From contig CAWIMJ010000050.1 of assembly GCA_963837175.1 (NCBI GenBank), forward strand, positions 334,133 through 398,132: a stretch of DNA of 64,000 bases, read 5' to 3'. The translations under genes and the position numbers were made by a program. This document shows positions 56,178 through 64,000 of this stretch, one piece after another (within the stretch, counting starts at the first letter, position 1; every line of letters starts with the position of its first letter). The notes under the pieces are model-generated. The model saw only the letters and a program-made list of their open reading frames with translations. It did no database searches and was not told the DNA's origin. This DNA is from an uncultured Nitrososphaeraceae archaeon. Its GTDB lineage: Archaea; Thermoproteota; Nitrososphaeria; Nitrososphaerales; Nitrososphaeraceae.

Positions 56178-56750
56178 ATGCAAAAGGATAAGGATAAAGA
56201 TAAAATTATAACTTCAGTAGAAATAGTCGATGTTCCTCCAAAGAATACTGAAACACCTACAATATTAAGCAATGAATTGGCAGAAGTAGGTGCTACCCAA
56301 CTTACTAAAGAAGAAGTTTATAGACTTTTTAACGGTAGAAATTTGGCTTTTGTATCTACACTGTCAAAAGACGGTTCTCCACATGTCACGCCAGTATGGG
56401 CTGACATAGAAAATGATATGATTTTAATAAATACCTCTGAAGCGGCAGCAAAAAAAAGAAATGTATCAAGAGACCCTCGTATTGCTATATCTGTAGTTGA
56501 ACAATATAATCCGTATAATATGGTATCAATTAAAGGAAGAGTCATAGAACAAACTTTTGATGGTGCTGATGAACATTTACGTAAACTAGCTAAGAAATAT
56601 TTAGGAATAGGAAGGTATTATTATAGGCGACCTAAACATAGACGCATTATACTAAAGATAAAGCCAGAAAAGATAATGGGCTTATCATTACATCCTGCAT
56701 TCTATTTCCTTGCATATTCTCCCTATCGTTCAGAAATTGAAAATACTTAA
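56178..56750 (+). CDS. PPOX-class F420-dependent oxidoreductase
   Basis: VSTLSKDGSPHVTPVW, KKRNVSRDPRIAISV and LAKKYLG. Confidence 0.9.
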   Translation: MQKDKDKDKIITSVEIVDVPPKNTETPTILSNELAEVGATQLTKEEVYRLFNGRNLAFVSTLSKDGSPHVTPVWADIENDMILINTSEAAAKKRNVSRDPRIAISVVEQYNPYNMVSIKGRVIEQTFDGADEHLRKLAKKYLGIGRYYYRRPKHRRIILKIKPEKIMGLSLHPAFYFLAYSPYRSEIENT

Positions 56751-57088
56751 TAATAAATAAGTTGAGTATAAATTTCGTACGTAAGGTGCTGCTAAACAAT
56801 AAGAAAATAGCAATTCTTTTAACCCTAAATGATTAAGCTCAGTAGTGGATAATTATATTTATTTATAATAATTCTAAAATAAGATTTATGGATACATCAC
56901 TTCTTTAATGAGACAGCCGATAGTTGTCTATAATTTCAATCTTCTCGGAAAAAATATTTTTTAATTCAATCATCTGGTCTTCTTTTCTTTTATTATTATT
57001 GTTATTATTGTAATGTTACGTGGAAGTATGTTTGTATATATATACTACTACATCTGTTAGAACCTCATCAGAAGAAGATGCAGCAGGA

Positions 57089-58217
57089 ATGCAAAAAGCA
57101 AGAACAAAGAAGAATACGAGTAAAAGAAGTAATAACAGTAACAACAACAATAGCAACAACAACATGAATACCAAAGGTGTCTTTGGAATACATCATGTTA
57201 CAGCGATTACTAGCGACCCACAAAGCAACATAGATTTTTACGCAAATACTTTGGGACTTCGGTTTGTAAAACTAACAGTAAATCAGGATGACCCAACTTC
57301 ATACCATCTTTATTATGGTGATGAGTTAGGACGTCCAGGTACGATTCTTACTTTCTTTCATTGGCCAGATGCACCTAAAGGACATCGGGGAACTAGTGAG
57401 GTGACTGCGACATCATTTCTGATTCCTGAGAATTCTATGAACTATTGGATAGATAGATTTAAGAGCAAACAAATAGAATTTCGTGGCCCATACAAACGTT
57501 TTGATGATAGTGAACAAGTAATAACACTATATGACCCAGATGGGCTAGAATTAGAACTTGTAGCACATAAATCTGCAGAAGCTAGAAGTGTTAATGTATG
57601 GAAAGAAGGTCCAATTCCTATTGAACATGCAATAAGAGGTTTTTATTCTGTAACTTTATCTGAAGAAGGATACGAACGTACTGCTTCTATTTTGACTGAT
57701 GAGTTGGGGTTCATTCCTACACGTCAGGATGGAAGCCGATTCCGTTATGAAATTGACTACTACTACTACTACTACTAATACTACTAAAGCATCTGCTGAT
57801 CTTACCCAGGAAAAAGAAGGAACAAGAACAGGAGCTAGTATTGTTGATGTTCTTTGTGTGCCTTATACACAACGAGCGATTATAGGTATTGGATCAGTTC
57901 ATCATGTGGCGTGGCGTACACCTACTGATGAACAACAAAAAGTGTTACGCAAAAATATAGTCAGAGCTGGATTAAATGCAACTCCTGTTATAGACCGATT
58001 TTACTTTCATTCTGTATATTTTCGTGAACCAGGCGGCGTACTGTTCGAAATTGCTACTAATCCCCCTGGATTTATGATAGATGAAAAAGCTGAGGAACTT
58101 GGCACACATCTCGTGCTACCTCCTTGGCTTGAATCGATGCGCAAGGACCTAGAGAAAATCCTGCCTCAAGTATATTTACCTAAGAAAGAAAAAGAGGAAC
58201 AAGTAGTAAAGAAGTAA
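57089..58217 (+). CDS. Ring-cleaving dioxygenase/glyoxalase (MhqO-like VOC); one gene with a frameshift near 57753
   Basis: GIHHVTAIT, TVNQDDP..YHLYYGD, DPDGLELEL, GSVHHVAWR and YFREPGGVLFEIAT. The shift sits beside an (ACT)n repeat. Confidence 0.9.
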
Positions 58218-58329
58218 TTAAGTAAAGAGGAGTGAAGCAGCGAGATTAGCAAAGGATGTAGGAAGAGAAATAAACAAGATCAGACGACCGTCAGAGCTGG
58301 GATTGAACCCTAATAACCAAAAAGAATCT

Positions 58330-58807
58330 GAAGATGATTGAATTTTTATAGTTAAGGAACCAATTAAGTTTCTCAATGAAATACAAGAGTTAATGAACCA
58401 GGATGCAGAAATAATAAGAGAAGAAATAAAGTTGCAACATGGATTGAAAAGAATTTTGGAACTAAACGACGAGTTTTATTACACAGGTAGTATTTCAAAA
58501 GAATTCAAAATTGACCATGATAATGGTGAGAATATTTTTTTTAACTTGGGAAGTAAAGTTATCGCTAGTTGTTTGTGAAAGCAAAAATAAGAAATGCCCT
58601 TGCGAGAAGAGAGCAAAGGATCTCACTACCGGTCTGATTTTCCAAATATAGATGACAAAAAAAATGGAATGTAAATATCTATTGCAGGAATGAAGGATCA
58701 GCAGAAATAGTATTGTTTAAACAGAAGGTTAAAGAAGATTAGAGGACTATTGGCAGATTTGCTTGAAGCACACATCAAATCGGAACACCAATCTGAATTC
58801 GAATAAT
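58330..58807 (+). pseudogene. C-terminal remnant of an SdhA/FrdA/NadB-type flavoprotein
   Basis: ELMNQDAEIIRE...GLKRILEL and LREESKGSHYRSDFPNIDD (the RxESRGxHxRxDFP motif), with stops and frameshifts. Confidence 0.75.
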
Positions 58808-58960
58808 TAGACAATTAAATGATTATTTTGCTGAGACATGAAGAAAAAATAAAATGAATGAAATGAATAAAAAGAACTATTTCGAGCAGATATAATTAAT
58901 TTCCTGTGATATGTTATAAAAAACTCAAATATATTATACCACATAGTGGTCTATTGAACT

Positions 58961-60763
58961 ATGAGTGTATATGAGAACATGCGTACTGCTGATATTGTTG
59001 CTGAAGCATTAATTGATTGGAAAGTAGATGTCATTTTCGGATTACCAGGAGATGGCATAAACGGATTTATCGAATCATTAAGACGGCGGCAAGACAAAAT
59101 CAAATTCATACTAGTAAGGCACGAGGAATCAGCAGCATTTATGGCTTGTGCTTATGCCAAATATACAGGAAAACTAGGTGCCTGCGTTGCAACATCAGGA
59201 CCAGGAGCAATACATCTTTTAAATGGGTTATACGATGCTAAAGCGGATAATACTCCTGTTATTTCTATTACTGGAACCACTTACTCTGATTTAATGAATT
59301 CTTGCTATCAGCAGGATGTTAATTTGCTACAGCTATATTCAGATGTTGCCGTTTACAATGATATGATAACTATTCCAGAGCAAGCAGAAATGGCAGTTGA
59401 TATTGCATGTAGAACTGCACTAGCACAAAGGGGAGTAAGCCACCTAACAATCCCCATAGATGTACAAGAAAAGAAATTGAATGGTAAATATTCTAGGCAT
59501 AATATTGCATATCATACCTCTGATGTTTATATTGCCGAAACAATTCCAAGTCACCGTTTAATAGAAAAGGCTGCTGAAATCCTTAATGCAGGAAATAGGA
59601 TTGTTTTACTTGTAGGACAAGGAGCACTTGGATCTGGAGAAGAAGTACTTGCAGTTGCAGAAAAATTAGGCGCTCCGGTTGTTAAAGCACTTTTAGGTAA
59701 GGCAATAATTCCCGATGACAATCCATATACCACTGGAGGTCTTGGTTTACTTGGAACGACACCATCTAGTGACGCTATGAATGAAGCAGATACGTTACTT
59801 ATGATTGGAACATCTTTTCCTTATATTGAGTATCTTCCAAGACCAGGTCAGGCAAGAGGTATTCAAATTGATATAAAACCTGAAAAGATCGGTCTAAGAT
59901 ATCCTGTTGAGATCGGCTTAGTAGGCGATTCAAAGTTAATATTATCTGCGTTGCTTCCACTCCTAGATCAAAAAGATACTCAAGGATTTCTAAAATCAAA
60001 ACAACATGCAATGAAAAATTGGAATAACTTATTGAAAGAGCAAAGTACCAGAAATGATAAACCAATCAAACCACAAGTTATTGCCAGAGAAGTTTCTGAA
60101 GAGTTAGATGACAATGCAATAGTTTCTGTAGATTGTGGAACAAACACAAGTTGGGCTGCTCGTTATATAAACATAAGAAAAGGAATGAAATTTTCTGTGT
60201 CAGGTACATTATCAAGTATGGCTAATGGCTTGCCTTATGCAATAGCAGCCCAAATTGCATATCCAGAAAGACAATGTATAGCATTTGTTGGTGATGGAGG
60301 CTTTACGATGCTTATGGGAGAATTTGCTACAGCAGTACAATATAATCTTCCAATCAAAGTAATTGTTATCAAAAATAATACATTGGGAATGATTCGATGG
60401 GAACAAATGGGATTCCTTGGAAATCCTGAATTTGGTGTCGAATTTACTCCAATAGATTTGGTAAAGTTCGCTGAAGCTTGTGGTGGTAAAGGCTATGCTA
60501 TAAGAGAACCAAATGAAGTAAGATCTAAACTACATCAAGCCATGAAAGAAAGAAAGCCAACTATAATTGAGGCATATGTTGATCCATTTGAACCACCCAT
60601 GCCGCCAAAGGTAGAGATGAGTTTTGTTAATAACCTAGCTGAATCGTTTGCAAGAGGGCAACCATATGCTAGCAGAATAGGTTTAACTTTATTTAGAAAC
60701 CAAGTACACAACATTTTAAAAAATATACATTCACATTCTGTAAAAAAAATGGAGACCGACTAG
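58961..60763 (+). CDS. ThDP/FAD-dependent pyruvate oxidase/dehydrogenase (PoxB-like)
   Basis: FGLPGDG, RHEESAAFMA, TSGPGAIHLLNGLYDAK and the GDGG...NN ThDP motif. Confidence 0.93.
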   Translation: MSVYENMRTADIVAEALIDWKVDVIFGLPGDGINGFIESLRRRQDKIKFILVRHEESAAFMACAYAKYTGKLGACVATSGPGAIHLLNGLYDAKADNTPVISITGTTYSDLMNSCYQQDVNLLQLYSDVAVYNDMITIPEQAEMAVDIACRTALAQRGVSHLTIPIDVQEKKLNGKYSRHNIAYHTSDVYIAETIPSHRLIEKAAEILNAGNRIVLLVGQGALGSGEEVLAVAEKLGAPVVKALLGKAIIPDDNPYTTGGLGLLGTTPSSDAMNEADTLLMIGTSFPYIEYLPRPGQARGIQIDIKPEKIGLRYPVEIGLVGDSKLILSALLPLLDQKDTQGFLKSKQHAMKNWNNLLKEQSTRNDKPIKPQVIAREVSEELDDNAIVSVDCGTNTSWAARYINIRKGMKFSVSGTLSSMANGLPYAIAAQIAYPERQCIAFVGDGGFTMLMGEFATAVQYNLPIKVIVIKNNTLGMIRWEQMGFLGNPEFGVEFTPIDLVKFAEACGGKGYAIREPNEVRSKLHQAMKERKPTIIEAYVDPFEPPMPPKVEMSFVNNLAESFARGQPYASRIGLTLFRNQVHNILKNIHSHSVKKMETD

Positions 60764-60770
60764 CTTCATA

Positions 60771-61236
60771 ATGCCAGAACCCTTTCTTGCATTTGTCCCG
60801 TATCTGGCTCTAGTCACTAGGATGTGGGTGGGAGCGAACATGATGATTCAAGGGTATTCGAAGCTGAGAAACCTGAAACAGGCAGCCGAGGAAACGAAGC
60901 AAACACTCGGCATTCCCGTTGGAGGTACCTATACTGCAACCATATTGGAATTCTTCGGTGGATTTGTTTCTGATAATCGGCCTAATTGTTCCGATAGTTG
61001 GATTGTTTTTTGCTATTTTTATGATTGCAAATGTGATTATAAGGAAAACAAGGATGAATGCGGCGTATATTGCTCCTGGCAAGGCTTCGTACGAAATTGA
61101 CATAACCTATCTGATTCTCTTAATAATACTGATCGTTCTCGGAGCTGGCGCATTATCAGTCGACTCGGTTATTGGTTTTTTGGTGAGGCCTATTTTTATA
61201 TCAGTTCACCCAGGGCATAAAATGCTGGTGGGTTAA
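60771..61236 (+). CDS. DoxX family membrane protein; one gene with a frameshift near 60963
   Basis: RMWVGANMMIQGYSKL...LEFFGG joins (after a shift) to LFLIIGL...YEIDITYL...GAGALSVD. Confidence 0.85.
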
Positions 61237-61752
61237 AATACAACTCAAAATTCTTATCAACTTAATAGTTAAATAAACTTGTTAATTAAGAAAAAGCAAT
61301 CTGTAGAAATTAAGATCATAAAGTTAGGAGAGAAAATACCGCAAATGATAATACCTAGAAGATTCGTCGTTGCTGAACTATTATCCCTATGGATATATAG
61401 ATTTAGTTACTTACAACATGTTAAGATCTTTTCTATTGCGAAGAGCTTTGGATTATAAGTCTAGGGTGGTCTATCTAGTAGAGCGATAATGTGATAGAAT
61501 GTACTTGACTTAGAAATGATAATTTTAATTATGTGTATAGATATGTCCGAGGGAGATAGTGCGATGTTTCATCCTATCCCGACGCAGTTCCATTTGTCAG
61601 TTTATCTTTTGAAAGTATTCTTGTTAATACATGTAATATATTATAGCTCTCTCAAGAATAATTAAGTGACAAAGTCGTTTATAATTAAACTCAATTGAGC
61701 AATACTTCAAATATGGCAGTCGACATAAAAGTTTCCTATAGGTGAAATATCA

Positions 61753-63114
61753 ATGAATACAAAGTTCATCATAGCTATAGGATTAGTAATAGTTTTCTTT
61801 TCATTTTCAGTAGCAATAAGATATAACAACAATAATTATCATACAAAGCTAACAGCGGACGCACAGGACCAGCAGACAGGTGATAATATTGCCAGCAATG
61901 ATAATATCGGAAATTCGTTAACCCTGCCAGATTTATTTTCAAAAGTAGAAAACTCAGTAGTCCAAGTTACTGATGTTGATACGGCAAATCTATTGGGAGC
62001 GCGACTAGGTTCAGGGTTTATCTATGATAATAAAGGCTATATTATTACCAACTATCATGTTGTTGCTGGTAGTAGAGGAGAAAATCTTCATATTACTTTT
62101 CTAGATGGAACAACCTATCAAGCGAAAGTAGTTGGTGGAGATCCATTTTCTGATTTGGCTGTACTACAGGCAGCAGCAAATGTCCCTTTGAATAAACTTG
62201 TTCCATTACATATTGGGAATTCTACATCTTTGAGGGTAGGGGAAAAAGTAGTAGCGATTGGAAATCCCTTTGGTCTTTCTGGATCCATGACTGAGGGAAT
62301 AGTGAGTGGTCTTGGCAGAATGCTTCCTTCGTCAGAGCAGAGCGAGACAACACCGCAACCACCATCAGAAAATGATCAATTAATACCATCATCACCAGCA
62401 AATATTCCAACTACCTTTTCTATTCCTGACATAATTCAAACAGATGCAGCTATTAATCCAGGAAACTCCGGTGGACCATTACTGAACATGAGAGGAGAAG
62501 TGATAGGAATAAACGCAGCAATTTTTTCAAATACGGGAGTATACTCTGGCGTAGGATTTGCGGTACCTTCTAATACAATAAAAAAAGTAGTACCATCTAT
62601 AATCGCAACAGGTTCCTATACACATCCCTATCTTGGAGTTTTAGGTACTAATGTAACGCCAGAAATAGCTGGAAATTTGGGATTGCAAGAAGCAACAGGA
62701 TTTTTAGTAACTGATGTTACTGCAGGAAGTCCTGCAGATAAAGCTGGAATACGTGCAGGTAGTTTACTAACTGCTACTAATCAACGAGAGGTACCGCTAG
62801 GAGGAGACATTATATTGCAGATAGATAATAATAAAGTCAGAAAGATTGATGACCTATTGACTTATTTAGAAAGAGAGAAAGAAGTAGGTGATACTGTCCA
62901 ACTGACAATACTTAGGAATGGAGTGACAGAGAAAATACCTGTAACTCTTGGTGCAAGACCGAGCTCACAACAGTTTGCAGATGCTCAATTGACACCCGGA
63001 AGCCAAGCTCCGCCGACAGCCAAAATACCAGAAAAGTCTCCATATAATGATCTCTACAATCAGTGTGTAAAATTAGCAGGCAAGCAGATATGCGACTATC
63101 TGTTTCAACGATAA
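61753..63114 (+). CDS. HtrA/DegP-like serine protease with PDZ domain
   Basis: Signal/TM segment, GSGF, TNYHV, DLAVL, IQTDAAINPGNSGGPL and a PDZ domain (YLGV...SPADKAG). Confidence 0.95.
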   Translation: MNTKFIIAIGLVIVFFSFSVAIRYNNNNYHTKLTADAQDQQTGDNIASNDNIGNSLTLPDLFSKVENSVVQVTDVDTANLLGARLGSGFIYDNKGYIITNYHVVAGSRGENLHITFLDGTTYQAKVVGGDPFSDLAVLQAAANVPLNKLVPLHIGNSTSLRVGEKVVAIGNPFGLSGSMTEGIVSGLGRMLPSSEQSETTPQPPSENDQLIPSSPANIPTTFSIPDIIQTDAAINPGNSGGPLLNMRGEVIGINAAIFSNTGVYSGVGFAVPSNTIKKVVPSIIATGSYTHPYLGVLGTNVTPEIAGNLGLQEATGFLVTDVTAGSPADKAGIRAGSLLTATNQREVPLGGDIILQIDNNKVRKIDDLLTYLEREKEVGDTVQLTILRNGVTEKIPVTLGARPSSQQFADAQLTPGSQAPPTAKIPEKSPYNDLYNQCVKLAGKQICDYLFQR

Positions 63115-63702
63115 GGACAACATATCTTCAACAGTGAATAAAGCCAGATAACATTTCTCCCTTTCTTCTCATAATTCGTCAATGACCGATTCTGATTGAT
63201 AAAGAAGAATAGAGAAATGATTTTAAGCTAGGATGAGTTTACAACTTATCATATACATTTCAAAAGGAAAGCTAGAGGCAGTAACTCTAAATCATGCATA
63301 TGCTTAACATACATATCATACTTAAATCTGTTCTATGTTAGTGTTCACAGTAAGCAGTAAGAGGCAGATGTTATTATCAAAATGACAGAGCAGCTGGAGT
63401 AACTATTCGAAGGCGATAGCATAATATAACTATATACCTCGCACTATTACTCCTACTGTTTAGCAAAGACATTTATCTCTATTTAATATACAATTATTTT
63501 TATTCGTTTTTTTGTATTTTTAAGTAGGTCTGTACACCAGTTTGTACTTAATTATATCTAGCTATGATAGGTTTTTTATTATAGGAAACGGTATTATATT
63601 TCTTCACACAGATGTAATTATTTGAGAAGACAACATTTGCTACGATCTATTCATTTTCAATATCAATTTGGCTTTTAGTATAGACGGCTCGTAATTGATT
63701 AA

Positions 63703-63987
63703 TTAAATAGTGTATATCTTCTCTATTCTATTTTTTTCATCACTTGAGTGTGGCAGATTACGATTGATTGCTGATATACCATTAGTGATCAGTTCTTTAG
63801 ATGCGTCTTTGATAATATTTACAATGTGCTGTTTAACTTTTTGAGTTACATTTTTTATTTCAGGATTACTATTAATTAATTTCTCTCCACCTTTGAAAAC
63901 TCCTAAAACAAATGTCTGCCATCATAATCCTATAATCGATAAAATCAGTATGGATATTATTATCCATGTGGTTAGAACTATGATCAA
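63703..63987 (-). pseudogene. Disrupted small membrane-anchored hypothetical protein
   Basis: TWIII / SILILSIIGL*WQTFVLGVFKGGEKLINSNPEIKNVTQK..., with one frameshift and one in-frame TGA. Confidence 0.4.
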
Positions 63988-64000
63988 TTAATAGTCCTTA

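Noticed and set aside
57755-57785. (ACT)n repeat as a phase-variation switch in the dioxygenase
   Set aside because: Trinucleotide slippage cannot change the reading frame; the repeat simply encodes a poly-Thr linker.
1-64000. CRISPR array, rRNA or provirus
   Set aside because: No regularly spaced repeats, rRNA-like GC-rich tract, integrase, capsid genes or att duplication of the tRNA-Cys 3' end were seen.

Overview
AT-rich archaeal chromosomal segment, almost certainly from an ammonia-oxidising archaeon of the soil family Nitrososphaeraceae. Markers include an archaeal histone, rps26e, orc1/cdc6, proteasome beta, an intron-containing tRNA-Cys, a split metH and several lineage-typical small Zn-ribbon proteins. 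Core genes (gltA, psmB, sucCD, pyrG, NAD kinase, trpBC, cdc6, metH) alternate with long intergenic tracts full of decayed gene remnants: an F420 LLM oxidoreductase, trpA, an IS5 transposase, an SDR, a peroxiredoxin, an ALDH and an SdhA-like flavoprotein. About nine otherwise clean genes, including essential pyrG, carry single-base frameshifts that look like sequencing or assembly indels. Two loci stand out. (1) A ycaO-tfuA thioamidation pair faces, head-to-head, an unannotated 58-aa NHLP/Os1348-leader-like gene (4942..5118, below the ORF-track cutoff), which suggests a thioamide RiPP or protein-modification system in a non-methanogen. (2) A four-gene cluster right after tRNA-Cys encodes a BshC/class-I-aaRS-like ligase, an ATP-grasp ligase, a PIG-L de-N-acetylase and a truncated NDP-sugar dehydrogenase, which suggests an undescribed amino-acylated amino-sugar or bacillithiol-like pathway. 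Also notable: trpA is genuinely decayed beside intact trpB and trpC. All calls come from reading motifs by eye; no database searches were run.
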